A DNA stretch of 64,000 bases, from positions 102,674,001-102,738,000 of the forward strand of contig NC_087436.1 of NCBI RefSeq assembly GCF_036321535.1, read 5' to 3'. The notes beneath the pieces are model-generated. The model had not been told where the DNA came from and ran no database searches. It worked only from the letters and a program-made list of their open reading frames with translations. A program made the translations under genes and the position numbers. This document shows, piece by piece, positions 14,497 through 26,780 of this stretch. How positions within the stretch are numbered: the first letter of the stretch is position 1; each line of letters opens with the position of its first letter. Source of the DNA: Camelus dromedarius (taxonomy: Eukaryota).

Positions 14497-14740
14497 AGAG
14501 TAGACTAGAAAAGACCCCTGAACTTTGGAGTCAGATTGACTTGGTTTCAAGTCTCAGTTCTTAGCTGTAGACTTGTTCTTAGCTGTTCTTAGCTCAAGAA
14601 AAAAATGTCAGTTTCTTCATGCATATAAAGAAAAATAATAGTATCTCTTTCATGATACTATGACTATGGCCAATAAAGCAATGAATGTCCAGGAAACACA
14701 CATTCTGTTGTCATACCTCAGTAAGTATCAGTTTTCTTCT
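14497..14740 (+). mobile_element. MIR SINE
   Basis: 'actttggagtcagattgacttggtttcaagtctcagttc' (B-box region) and 'tcagtttcttcatgcatataaag' core; contains three copies of gttcttagct (14557, 14575, 14585). Confidence 0.7.
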
Positions 14741-15857
14741 CCATTAAGTAGAAGGAGACACCCTGTCTGCGCTCTGTAACCTAAGCTCTGAAGTTTGTGA
14801 AAAAACTTTTTACCTCTTTCAACCAATAGTGAGACGTAAGGTTTTAAATTCTTCAATTAATCATAATCATTTTTAAAAAGCATATATTGAATACTTACTC
14901 TCTTCCAGGCACCCCAAAATCAGGGAAGAATGTAAAGTTCTTTCTCCCAAGAATCTCAGACTCCACTAGCAACAATATATTTATATACTTAATATTTATA
15001 TATTCTATATATTTTTTAAAATATATAAATATATGTATCTGATAAAACGTGTGTTATAGGAGCCAGTGCAATAATGGTAATATCATTAACATGATTTCAT
15101 ACAGTAAAATATAACACAATTTTAAAGTTTCAGAAATACAATAGCCACTGTAACAAAAGTGAATTTTATTTATTTTCTAAGCTCGTAAGATTGTACTAGA
15201 TTTATTTGTATAGATAGCTATCTTAGAAACCTTTATTTAAAAAGAAAAGATACCTCTTTTTTGTGATTAATGATTTTCTATCTGCTCAGAAGGATCACAA
15301 AAGACCCACGATTCATGACATGCAGGCCATGTACCTGTCACAGGTTGGGCAGGAAGAATTACACTGAGAACACTCATTTCCTTGCTGCTGCAATTTCCTT
15401 TTCTTTGCAAGTTGAATCCTATTTTTGTCAAAGAAAAATATGTAAATGTTGAAGTATTTTTCTACGAATATCTTCCAGCTCAACCTAATCTCACTCCCTG
15501 AGCAACAATATTCATTTCTTTTAGTTGTGACTTTTCCTTGTATTATTTATTTTCAAATAACATATTTATGCTTCCATTTCCTGATTCATTAATTTTAGAT
15601 ATATCTGCTTATATCATCACCTATTTCCTATTAAAGTGTGGTTTAGATATCACTTCCTTCTTTGCCATTTCCCTCAATACTGATAAATCACAATGTGAAT
15701 TAAAATGTATTCATTATTACCATGTTATGACTACATAATTTGGGTCACTGCAAGTTCAACAACTCTTTGATGGTTATTTTTGTGCTATGGAATATTCTTT
15801 TATGTTTATGGGGTTAAAATTTGCCTTTTTAAAATTACTTGATAAAATTACTTGCTT

Positions 15858-15929
15858 GGAGAGTGGTAGAGCACATGCTCACCATGTGTGAGGTCCTAGG
15901 TACAATCCCCAGTACCTCTATTAAAAAAA
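15858..15929 (+). mobile_element. Camelid tRNA-derived SINE (Vic-1 type), short copy with 5' internal deletion
   Basis: 'ggagagtggtagagcacatgctcaccatgtgtgaggtcctaggtacaatccccagtacctct' plus A tail; TSD aaaattacttgctt (15844-15857) / aaaatcacttgctt (15930-15943), 13/14 identical. Confidence 0.9.
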
Positions 15930-16040
15930 AAAATCACTTGCTTATGTTCAAAGGAACTATCCCTTATCAATTTCAGTAAGCCAATTTATGTATCAATTGA
16001 CTATCAATATTTAATTTCCAGTTCTCAAAGATACCACATA

Positions 16041-16078
16041 ATCTATCTATCTATCTATCTATCATCTATCTATCTATT

Positions 16079-16131
<53 letters not shown>
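16041..16131. repeat. (TCTA)n/(GATA)n tetranucleotide microsatellite, interrupted
   Basis: Directly visible tandem atct units with two interruptions. Confidence 0.97.
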
Positions 16132-16299
16132 ATGTTTTGTTTTCCTGGTGGGTTCTACATCACCATTCTCTGTCCTCCTACTTCAGTCTAAACTATTTGC
16201 TTTCTGGACTTACTGCAAATTTCACACCTTGAAATTTCCTTTCTTGCCTTCTAATGTAAGAAATTTTGATGTCTAGATCCCATTTATTCATTTTTCTTG

Positions 16300-16450
16300 G
16301 TTTCCTAAGAATGAGTACATGTTAGATAATTTTTAAGCTCTTGCTCAAAATTCAGAAATGCTTTCCTCTCTGAATTATTGACTGAAAGTTTGGCTAGACA
16401 GAAGATGCTAGAAGGAAAATATTGGTCCACTCTTGCTGGTGCTGTCTCAT
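16300..16450 (-). mobile_element. Ancient L1/HAL1 ORF1-region remnant
   Basis: 'tcagaaatgctttcctctctgaattattgactgaaagtttggctagacagaagatgctag' resembles antisense old L1 ORF1 sequence. Confidence 0.35.
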
Positions 16451-18586
16451 TTTAAATGTTTTCTTCTGTTAAACAACACTGGCTTTATTATTATAAATAA
16501 AGTGGTAACATAAAGTTTCCTTTTTAGATATATTTATATGAGTCAAGAAGATGGTCCATAAAATATACTGAGGAGGAAAAAAGCTAGTAATCATGTACAG
16601 CCAAGACCACAAGATGGTACATGGATTTAGCAAAATGTACAAAAGACAGATGAGAGTAACTGAAGGCATTGTTAGAAGGCAGTGTTCCACTCTGTTTGCC
16701 TCTGTTCCATTGTGTATGGCCTAATATTTCTAGTGCTTAAAAGCTATACGATTTTCCAAAACCATTTTTCTGTTTTGTGTAACAGGAGCACTGTGATTCA
16801 GCATCAATATTTTTGTTTGAGTTCTTATAGTTTCACACCACAAAGATGTAGGATACCGTTTGCTCAGTATCATTTTGCAATGATACTGTGACTTTGAGAA
16901 TAGTTTCTAGTTACTTCTCTATTTGTTTCTATCACCTAGCTAAATGGGCCCCAAGAGATGGCTTTTATTTGATATCATCTTACCAAATATTTATAAAATA
17001 GTGGCCTAAGCGTTGCACTTCTATGTCTCTTAATATGATGTTCTCAGAGTAGCAATTTTCATCACTGTTATTTACTCAAAGCCTTTCTGGCTTAGTGGGA
17101 TAGAGGCAGAAAGATGACAGGGGCAAGCAGCTGATGATTGATTGTCTGTTTCCATTGTCTGCTCTTCAGTGTTTCTCTTTCTGTGAATGTGGACCCAAGA
17201 TTGATTTTATCTGAGTTCCATTACCCATCAGGGTTTTCCCATGTCTGCGTATTTTAAAAAGGAAAACTGTAGTCATCTGTTTCTCTAGCTTTGTTTTCTT
17301 TGGTTCAACTAGTTGGATTAGTAATATATTCAAAATCATACTCACCAGAATGACAGGGTACTTTTTTATTGCACTGATACCAAAGTTTCAGGCTGCTAAT
17401 TAGGGATTTTAAGAACTTCTAATAACTTCATAGTTTCATCACGCAAGATACTATATTTTGAAACTTAGCTTCTTACCTGCCAACTTCTAATATATAGAGT
17501 CCCCCAGGTGTGTATTATAATGGTTGAAAATGCTTTATCTCCAATGGTAGAAAAAATGGACTGTATTATGCATGTGATTGTAAATACCTATGAATGTACA
17601 AGACAAATAGTGTGGAAATAGTGAGTGTTAGGAAAAAAACTTCTTATAATAAATTTCAGCAGTCCGTACTATTGTAAAGAGAAAAATTTCCAAAACTTGA
17701 ATGAATCACAGAGATTCTGCGTTTGGAAAAAGTTACAATAGTTTGAAATAATAACTTGCAGTCATCATTTTTGGTTCAGACACTACATTAATCATTACTG
17801 GAGTGTTACGTTCTGGTGCTCATACAATTGAGCATTGTCACTGCTTCCCTATGAACCTGCAAACACGTATGTTTTAAAGCACTTTATAAAAACTTTTGAT
17901 CTGGGCTGTACCTTGTTTTAATGATTATTATCGCCTATGAAATAGTGGGAAAGTACATATTCTTTTTAAATTGCTCTAAGATTAACTTAAGTTACTTTAG
18001 CAAAATAAAATAATTCTTTCTTTTTTTTTTTTTTTTGGCTATTTCTCCCTTTAAAATATCTTTTGACTTTTAAAAACAGAACATCCAGGAGTGAACCTAT
18101 CATATAATGTATCATAATTGTTTTTGAGCTAATTTTGAAGGCTATTTGTTCCTTATCTTAAAAAGAACCAAAGCCTCCAATTAGTATCTTCTCTTGGTTT
18201 AAGAATAACAAGTTTTAACTGGAGATCAGAGGAAACAATTAACCTTGAGAAGGAGTGCCTCGCATTCTAGCTAATGGAAATATATTTCACATTTTATTCA
18301 CATGAATAAGATGACCTTAAAACACATCCTGTTTACCACTCCACAATAATATGAGTTCTACTGAATGACTTTAGGCAACTGAAAAAAAAAAAATCAATGA
18401 AATGATCAAAACCTTGTTAGTGGAGAAGTTCCTAATACTAGGCCATGCAGAGAACATTGTCACATTGATGTATATGGCTTAGTGTAAGCTGAAAGACAAC
18501 AATGATTTTAATATAGAGTTTAATCCTCTGTGCGCCAGGAGATTGCATTATTAGAAGAATTAAAATACATAGTATTAAACACTTAG

Positions 18587-18917
18587 TTTTTTATTTTATT
18601 TTATTTTTTTAATTGAAGTACAGTCAGTGACAATGTGTCGATTTCTGGTGTATAGCATAATGTCCCAGTCATGCATATACATACATATATTCTTTTTCAT
18701 ATTTTTTTCATTAAAAGTTATTGCAAGATAGTGAATATAGTTCCCTGTGCTATACAGAAGAAACTTGATTTTTTTAAATCAATTTTTATATTTAGTGACT
18801 AACATTTGCCAATCTCAAACTCCCAAATTTATCCCTTCGCACCCCCTTTCCCCTGGTAATTATAGAATTGTTTACTATGTCTGCAAGTTTGCAAATCTCA
18901 AACTCCCAAATTTATTC
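18587..18917 (-). mobile_element. L1 3'UTR fragment (camelid-type subfamily)
   Basis: T-rich tail then 'aattgaagtacagtcagtgacaatgtgtcgatttctggtgtatagcataatgtcccagtcatgcatatac...gttccctgtgctatacag'; similar to the copies at 19001 and 43236. Confidence 0.9.
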
Positions 18918-19000
18918 TTTTGTTTTTATTTTTTCTAAATTTATTGAGGTATAAATGACAAGTGAAAATTGTATATATTTAAGGTATACAATGTGATTTT
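18918..19000 (-). mobile_element. Older L1 (L1MA-like) 3' terminus, interrupted
   Basis: 'tttattgaggtataaatgacaagtgaaaattgtatatatttaaggtatacaatgtg' is a classic old L1 antisense 3' end. Confidence 0.7.
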
Positions 19001-19729
19001 TAAAAAATTTTTTGTTGAACTGTAGTCAGTTTACAATGTTGTGTCAAGTTCTGGTGTACTGCTTAACATTTCAGTCATGCATATACATACATATATTCAT
19101 TTTCATATTCTTTTTTATTATAGGTTAATATAAAATATTGAACATAGTTCCCTGTGCTGTACAGTAGGTCCTTATTGTTTATCTATTTTATATATAGTAG
19201 TTAGTATCTGCAAATCTCAAATTCCCAATTTATCCCTTCCCACTCCTTTTTCCCCCCAGGTAACCATACTTTGTTTTCTATATCTGTGAGTCTCTGTTTT
19301 GTAAATAAGTTCATTTGTCTTTTTTTTTTTTTAGATTTCACATATAAGTGATATCATATGGTGTTTTTCTCTCTCTTCCTGGCTTACTTCACTTAGAATG
19401 ACTATCTCCAGGTCCATTCATGTTGCTACAAATGGTATTATTTTATTCTGTTTTTTATGGCTGAGTAGTATCCCATTGTATAAATACACCACAGTTTCTT
19501 TATCCAGTCATCTGTCAATGGGCTTTTAGGTTGTTTTCATGTCTTGGCTATTGTAAACAGCACTTCTATGAACGTTGGGGTGCATGTATCTTTTTGAATT
19601 AGAGTTCTCTCCAGATAGATGCTCAGGAGTAAGATTGCTGGATCCTATGGTAAGTCTATTTTTAGTTTTTTGAGGAATCTCCATACTGTTTTCCATAATG
19701 GCTGCACCAAACTACATTCCCACCAACAG
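19001..19729 (-). mobile_element. 5'-truncated L1 (3'UTR plus ORF2 C-terminal end)
   Basis: Antisense L1 3'UTR into ORF2 end ('ccatactgttttccataatggctgcaccaaactacattcccaccaacag'); probable TSD tacaatgtgatttt (18987-19000) / tacaacaggatttt (19730-19743) ending at a TTTT/AA endonuclease site. Confidence 0.92.
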
Positions 19730-20040
19730 TACAACAGGATTTTAAAAGCTGACATTTTTGATTAAAAATGCTGCTTCTTTTTCCTTTACTCATCATATTT
19801 CATTTTTACATGCTCCCATTTTTTTGTTTGTTTTTATTTTTGTGTTGACTTTTTTCTTTTTTCATTGTGGTAATAGTATCAGATTTCAAGAACTTGGAAA
19901 GTAGACACATATATAAAGTAGATACAGATGTCACTTTTTAAACTATTTTCCATTCTGACCTAGTGTGTAGCACGTTTACTGCGATTAAAATGTAGGGCTA
20001 GAATGGAACAATATCACATCTAAATCATTTCCAGTCCAAG

Positions 20041-20221
20041 TAGTTGTTCTCAGACTTCAGTGTGTGTAACAATCACTTCAAGACTTGTTGAAACAAGAAT
20101 TGCGGAGCCTATCCCCAGAGTTTCTGTCTCAGTAGGTCTTGGGTGTTTGTATTCCTACGGCTTTCCCAAGTGATGCTGATGCTCCTAGTCTTGGGATCAC
20201 ACTTCGAGAATGAGAACCATG
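20041..20221 (+). mobile_element. MER5A hAT-Charlie MITE
   Basis: TIR-like ends 'tagttgttctca' / 'gagaaccatg'; internal 'ccccagagtttctgtctcagtaggtct' and 'ttcccaagtgatgctgatgct'. Confidence 0.85.
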
Positions 20222-20384
20222 ACTTAAACATCTTCCTGTTCTAGCCACTCATTACCTCTGCCTGAAACTCGTATCTGTCTCCCCTTATCCTCTTAACTAT
20301 CATCTACCCAATATCAAAATTCATCTCAAGAAGACACCTCTTATGGTTAAACTTCTCAAAGACCTCTAGCTTAGATTTGATCTC

Positions 20385-20998
20385 TGTATCTGCCAGGTTC
20401 TCTCAGGAGAGAGAAAATGTATGGTAATTTGAAAATAGAAAGTATAATGTAAAGAATATTAATTATAACAGGGGTTTGGAGTAATGAAGTTTTGATAGTA
20501 AGAGTTAAGGAGAATTCTAAAAAATGGAGGAAAAGCAAATATAAGGAACCTCCTTGCTCCAAGGGCTGTGATCTAGACCTCACTAGAGAGGAAATAAACA
20601 TGACTCACTGACTGGCATGGAAGTCCCTCTGGTGCTGCATCAGTAGAACTTGCTGGAAATCTGACTTGTTAGATACCAGGGGAAGCTGTCCACAGGGATG
20701 ATGTTCCCCTCCGTGCACCACAGAATCTGGGAGCTACAGAAGGCATATGTGCTATAAAAGTCACCCTTGCTGCAGGAACTGGGCACTGGGTGTACTGAAA
20801 GGGTCTAAGAGAAGCACACTGGAATAAGGAAGGAACGCATCCTCATCTTACAACGTTTCCAGCACAAACTGCTGACAAAGCTTAACACTGTGCCATCTGG
20901 GAAAGAGAAAATGTTTAAAAGGACCCATGCTAATTTGTTCAGAAAAGGCAACGCAGAATAAATCTAAGACTGAGGCCAATAAGCTGGTAAATGACACA
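20385..20998 (-). mobile_element. ERVL solo LTR (LTR41-like family), inserted in L2
   Basis: TG...CA ends (tgtatc...atgacaca); 'tgacaaagcttaacactgtgccatctgggaaagagaaaatgttta...ctgaggccaataagctg' matches the antisense start of LTR41-type consensus. Confidence 0.6.
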
Positions 20999-20999
20999 G

Positions 21000-21225
21000 T
21001 ACCCTGAGAATTTGATCTGGTTGATATATTATGCGCACAAAAAATATATGTTGAACTGAACTTCCATGGCAACTATGTATATTTTACTGATACATATAAT
21101 GCTCCCTTCAGTAGATATTATTGAATATACAATACCACTTTACATGTCACATTATGATTTTAACCCCAGTACTCACTAAGTACCTGGAGCATTTTAGGAG
21201 CTCAGCAAATTTTTATGAGCTGCAC
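21000..21225 (+). mobile_element. L2 3' end (continuation of L2 at ~20225-20384)
   Basis: 'aaccccagtactcactaagtacctggagcattttaggagctcagcaaatttttatgagctg' L2 terminus. Confidence 0.5.
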
Positions 21226-21789
21226 GATTATCATATAACAGAAATAAAATATCAAGTCAAATGTTTTGAAATGACTTTGGATGTTTATATTCTAACTCTT
21301 TCAGAAAGCAGTAATAAATAAAAGTGTAAATAGGTAAAAACATAAGAAATCACGTCTGTTAGGACATCTGCGCTATAAAATTTAGTTGTTAAGATTATTT
21401 TAAAAACAATACTCTAGAAATACTAGCAAAAATTGTCAATAAGTTGACATATAAATAATTCAATTTGGATTTAAAAAGATAGTCATAAAAAACCCAATAC
21501 CCTAGGATGAATTGGAAATTGTACTGTTTTGCAAATTCTTAACTATGATGTCTATACACATCAAAATATGACATGATTATGATATTCAGAATGAGAAGGA
21601 TCTTGTAATTCAATCTCCAGAAAAAAAAATAAAACATTATCATTAAAAAGAGGAGAGCTGTTCCCTTTTTTGATTGCAGTCATAATTGAAAACAGAGAGA
21701 ATCTCATATTTCAATAGTGGAATAAAAGAAATAAGACAGAACAATATTTGCTGTATCTATGTTCATATATTTTATACATATGTGTATAT

Positions 21790-22000
21790 ATATCACTTTC
21801 TACAAAGTGGCACATATATTAACACATTCATAAGTACCAAGAAAAACAGGCAGTCTTATGAACACCATTTTGCAGATGACACAACCAAGAAACTAAGAGG
21901 TTAACCAGTTGCTCAGAATCACACTGGTAGTAAATATCAGGGCAGGGATTTAAACCTAGGCAGATTGCTTTTATACCTTTTCTCCTAACACTACACTATA
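21790..22000 (-). mobile_element. MIR SINE
   Basis: 'caccattttgcagatgacacaaccaagaaactaagaggttaaccagttgctcagaatcacactggtagtaaat...gggatttaaacctaggcag'. Confidence 0.8.
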
Positions 22001-22505
22001 CATCGTTAAAATGAAGTTATAATTGACTTATTAGTTTCAAGCATATGATCTAATGACTTGATATTTGTATATATTGTAAAATGATCAGCGCAGTAAGTCT
22101 AGTTACCATCCATCATCATATATAGATAAACATTTTGTGTGTGTGTGATAAGAAATTTTAAAATCTACTTTCTTAGCATATTTTCAAATATGCAATAGAG
22201 TATTATTAACAAGAGTCACCATATTGAACATTACATCCCCATGACTCCCCTATTTTATAGCTGGAAATTTGTACCTGTTGTCACCCTTCACTTTTTGGCC
22301 AAACCCTCAGTCCCAGCCTCTGGTAAGCACCAGTGTGTTCCCTGTGTCTATGAGCTTCAGTTTTCTTTTTTTTCTAGACTCCACAAATAAGTGAGATCAT
22401 ATGGTATTTGTCTTTGTCTGTCTGACCTATTTGGCATAATGCCTTCTGGTTTTATCCATGTTGTTGCAAATGGAAATATTTCCTTTTTTATGACTGAGTA
22501 ATATT

Positions 22506-22507
<2 letters not shown>

Positions 22508-22544
<37 letters not shown>
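22508..22544. repeat. (TG)18 microsatellite within L1
   Basis: Perfect TG run. Confidence 0.97.
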
Positions 22545-22547
<3 letters not shown>

Positions 22548-24039
22548 CATCATTTTTATCCATTCATCCATTGATGGATAGTTTTTTTCCCCATATCTTA
22601 GCTATTGTAATTAATGCTGCAATGAACATTAGGGTGCATATATCTTTTCAAGTTAGTGGTTTTGTTTTCTTTGGAGAAATACTCAGAAGTGGAATTGCTG
22701 GATCATATTGTAGCTCTATTTTTAATTTGTTGAGGAAACTCCATACTGTTTTCTATAGTGGCTGCACCAATTTATATTCCCCACCAACAGTGTATGAGAG
22801 TATCCTTTCTCCACATCCTCACTAGCAATTTTTATTTTTTCCCTCTCTGATAATAGTTATTCTGATAGATGTGAAGTGATATCTCACGGTGATTTTGATT
22901 TGCATTTCCGTATGATTAATGATCTCAAGCATCTTTCTATGTACCTATTGTCCATCTGTTGGATTCCATTCTTTGAAAAAATGTCTGTTCAGATCTCTGC
23001 CCATTTTTTAATCAGATTGTTTGATTTTTGCCATTGAGTTTTGTGAATTCTGTCTATATTTTAAATAGTACTAACTTCTATCAGATACATGATTTGCAAG
23101 TTTTTTTCTCCCATTCAGTAGGTTGCCTTTTCCTTTTTTTTTTTTATGCTTTCCTTTGCTGTGCAGAAGCTTTTTAGTTTGAAGTCTCCACTTGTTTACT
23201 TTTGCTTTTGTTAACGTTGCTTTTGTCAGCAAATAAAAAAAAAAAAAAAGAGTTATTACAAGGCCAATCTTTGTCCTAAAAGTTTTATGGTTTCACATTG
23301 TATATTCAAGTCTTTAATTTATTTTGAGTTAATTTTTGTGTATGCTGTAAGATAGTTGTCCAGGTTCATTCTTTTGTATGTAGCTGTCCAGTTTTCCCAC
23401 TACCATTTATTGAAGAGATTGCTTTTTCCTCTAGTGTATATTCTTGACTCTTTTGTCATAGATTAATTGGCCAAATATAAAATGTTTATTTCTGAGTTCT
23501 CTATTATGTTCCATCAATCTATATGTCTTTTTTTCCCAAGTATCATACTGTTTTGATTGCAATAGCTATAAAACATAGTTTGAAGTCAGGGAGAATGATG
23601 CCTCCAGCTTTGTTCTCAAGATTGCTTTGGTGATTCAGGATCTTTTGGTTCCATACAAATTTTAAGATTATTTGTTCTATTTCTATGAAAAATGTCACTG
23701 GAATTTTGATAAGGATTTTATTAAACCTGTAGATTGCTTTGAGTAGGCAGATTAACAATACTGATTCTTCTGATTCATAAGCACAAGATCTCTTTCCATT
23801 TCTTTGTGTCTGCCTCAATTTCTTTCACCGATGTCTTTTAGTTTTCAGTCTATTACCTCCTTGGTTAACTTTATTTCTAGGATTGCATTATTTTTGATGT
23901 AGTTGTGAATGGGATTGTTTTCTTAATGTCTTTTTCTGATAGTTCATTATTAGTATATAGAAACACAACAGATTTTTGTCTACTGATTTTGAATTCTGCA
24001 GCTTTACTGAAGTCATTGATTAGTTCTAACAGTTTTTGA

Positions 24040-24465
24040 TGGAGTCTTTAAGGTTTCCTATATATAATATCATGTCATCTCCAAGTAGTGACAGATTTAT
24101 TTCTTTTCAATTTGGATGCCTTTTATTTTATTTTATTTTATTTGCTTGATTTCTCTGGTTATGTTGAATAATAGTGGCAATTGAGGGTATACTTTTCTTG
24201 TTCCTGACCTTAGAGAAAAAAACTTTTAGCTTTTCACTGTTGAATATGATGTTAGCTGTGGATTTGTCATATATGGCCCATATTATGTTAAGATATGTTC
24301 CCTCTATAGCCACTTTGTTGAGAGTTCTTATCATAAATAGATGTTGAATTTTGTCAAATGCTTCCTCTGCATCTATTGAGATGGTCACATAATTTTTATC
24401 TTTCATTTGATTAACATAGTGTATCATGTTAATTGATTTACAGATGTTGAAACATGCTGGCATAT
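24040..24465 (-). pseudogene. L1 ORF2 reverse-transcriptase domain remnant (frameshifted)
   Basis: [21 protein letters not shown]...[10 protein letters not shown] matches L1 RT (ISIDAEKAFDKIQHPFM...IYDKPTANII); the catalytic FADD motif reads LGDD at 24074-24085 in another frame. Confidence 0.93.
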
Positions 24466-24698
24466 CTGGAAAAAAAACCCACTTGATTGTGTCATTCTTT
24501 TCATGAATTTTAAGCTTGGTTTGCTAATATTTTGTTGAGGATTTTTGCATTGATGCTTATCTGGGATATTGGCCTATAGTTTTCCTTTCTTGTGGTGTCC
24601 TTGCCTGGTTTTGGTATTGGGATAGTGTTGGCCTCACAAAATGAATTTGAAAGTATTTTCTCTTCTATTCTTCAAGGAAGTTTAACAATTGGTATTCA

Positions 24699-24968
24699 AC
24701 AGAAACAGACTCATAGACATAGAATACAAACTTGTTACCAAGCGGGCGAGGGGTGGGAAGGGATAGACTGGGATTTCAAAATGTAGAATAGATAAACAAT
24801 ATTATAGCATAGGGAAATACATACAAGATCTTGTGGTAGCTCACAGAGAAAAAAATGTGGCAATGAATACATATATGTTCATGTATAACTAAAAACTTGT
24901 GCTGTACACTGGAATTTGACACAACATTTTAAAATGATTATAAATCAATAAAATATGCTTAAAAACAA
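24699..24968 (+). mobile_element. Young 5'-truncated L1 3'UTR (~270 bp) inserted antisense into older L1
   Basis: 'acagaaacagactcatagacatagaatacaaacttg...gggaagggatagactggga...aaatcaataaaa' plus A-rich tail; perfect 15-bp TSD aacaattggtattca (24684-24698, 24969-24983). Confidence 0.93.
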
Positions 24969-25849
24969 AACAATTGGTATTCATTCTTCTTAGAATGTTT
25001 GGTGGAATTCACCAGTGAAGCTGTCTGGCCCTGAATTTCACTTTGGGGGGTTTTTTCATTAGTGTTTCAATAGCTATGCTAGTAATCAGTCTGGTCAGAT
25101 TTTCTATTTCTTTATGATTCAGTCTTGGGAGGTTGTATCTAGGAATTTATCCACTTCTTATAGGTTGCCAATTATTTGATGTATAATTGTTCATAGTCGT
25201 GTTTTATGATCTTTATGTTATATTTTTATACCAAAACATATGTTAAATAGAAATGCTGTTGCCCTGCCTAGATAATTAGTACTCCTTTCCAAATAGACTT
25301 AAGTATTAACTTCTACATTTGGCTTGCTAGAGCATTTCTAATCCAGCTCAAATCTTCCTTCCCTCCTCTGATCCTTACATAAACTCTATGCTTCTGCCAA
25401 CCATATCTTTGTATCATCCTCATGACACATTTTGTCCTTTATTTTAAACAGATTATTGCTGATACTTCATTCCTGTATCCACCTTAACTATTTTTCTATC
25501 ATCAAAAGCTATCAAATTCTTCCCCATGCTTCTCAGTCAGGTTATTGACATCTCCAATTACTCAGACAAGAAATAGTTGTACCATAGCCAACCTATATAT
25601 CCAACTAAAGTTAAACAAAAAACTCTCTCTCTCCTCCTTTATCTAATGACCTACAACCTGTTCTTCTTCCATTTTATTATTTTCTCATACTACTCAGGGT
25701 CACTTAGTAATTAAAGCTATTCTATGGAATATACAAGGAGGATTAATCAAAAATGGAAATAATTAGTCTGATTCTTATAATTTAATCCCACTGAGATGGC
25801 TATTTTAATTTTTTTGTTTTCTTTTTCCACTGTGGTTTTTGCTGTAGTC

Positions 25850-26280
25850 TCTTAACTAGCTCCAGCTCACAGTCCTCAATCCAGAGTGGTCTTGCTTTGT
25901 TAAAATGGTGCAATTTATAATCTTTCATGAGTCATATAAAACCCTGGCCACAGTTTCAGTCTCACCTTGCACTAATTCTCAGTATTCTTTACTCCTGAAC
26001 TATGAAACCACTTGTAATTCTGCAAAGATGCTTTACCATTTCTCCTTGATGCCAGGGCATTTGCTATTCAATTCACTTGAATGTCCTCTTATTTTTCTTT
26101 TTCTTCTAACTAAGTCTTATAAATTTATTCAAGGTCATCAAAATTTGGAAATCTTGTCTTCAATCTTTGTGAAAATAAGATCTGGTCTTACTTTTCTACT
26201 CCTATATACCTATATATTTGCATTAATTACTCTGCATGCAGATAGGCATAAAGTAGCACTATTAGAATTGATGCATTAAA
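25850..26280 (+). mobile_element. L2 fragment (degenerate)
   Basis: 'ccagagtggtctt...ccagggcatttgctattc...cttgaatgtcct' and terminus-like 'ggcataaagtagcact'. Confidence 0.45.
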
Positions 26281-26555
26281 CATTTTTCCAAATATACTGT
26301 TTTCTTGATCTTAAAAGTAACTCATATTAAATTGTTGCAAATTTCAAAATTATAGGAAGTATGAGCAAGAAAAATATTTTATATCAACAAAATGAAGCAG
26401 TAACTGTTTTCATTTTGTTTTATCAACTCTCGGTATTTTTCTATGATAAATGTTGCATGATTATTGTAAAATACCTTAGTTGAAGTCAGTTAGCATTATC
26501 TAAGGATGTGTTATGCCCATATTATTGAGTCCAGATTTTCTAGTTTTAAAAAGTT

Positions 26556-26780
26556 AACAATAATGATGGTAAAATAAATTTTTGCTGAGCATTTCATTTG
26601 TATGTGGAACTGTAGGGAAATATTATGTGAATAATCTCACTTAATTCCCACAATAATCCTATGAAGCTGGTACAATTCTTTCACACATTTTTCTGAAGAA
26701 GAAATTGGTCTCAGAGAGATTAAATAGCTCATGCAAGTTTATAGACCAGCAAGTGTGGTGTCAGGATTGGATGATTTGTT
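26556..26780 (-). mobile_element. MIR SINE
   Basis: 'aatctcacttaattccccacaataatcctatgaagctggtac...gaagaaattggtctcagagagattaaatagctc'. Confidence 0.8.

Larger units (their letters stand above)
22005..25215 (-). mobile_element. 5'-truncated L1 (~3 kb; L1MA9-like laurasiatherian lineage), degenerate ORF2
   Basis: Antisense 3'UTR at 22005-22600, continuous ORF2 homology to ~25215; ORF-track peptides 23543-23818 and 24128-24463 are L1 ORF2; interrupted by (TG)n and by a younger L1. Confidence 0.96.

Noticed and set aside
23543..24463. ORFs with reverse-transcriptase similarity as a functional CDS
   Set aside because: Fragmented by stops and frameshifts, FADD altered to LGDD, element 5'-truncated: a dead L1
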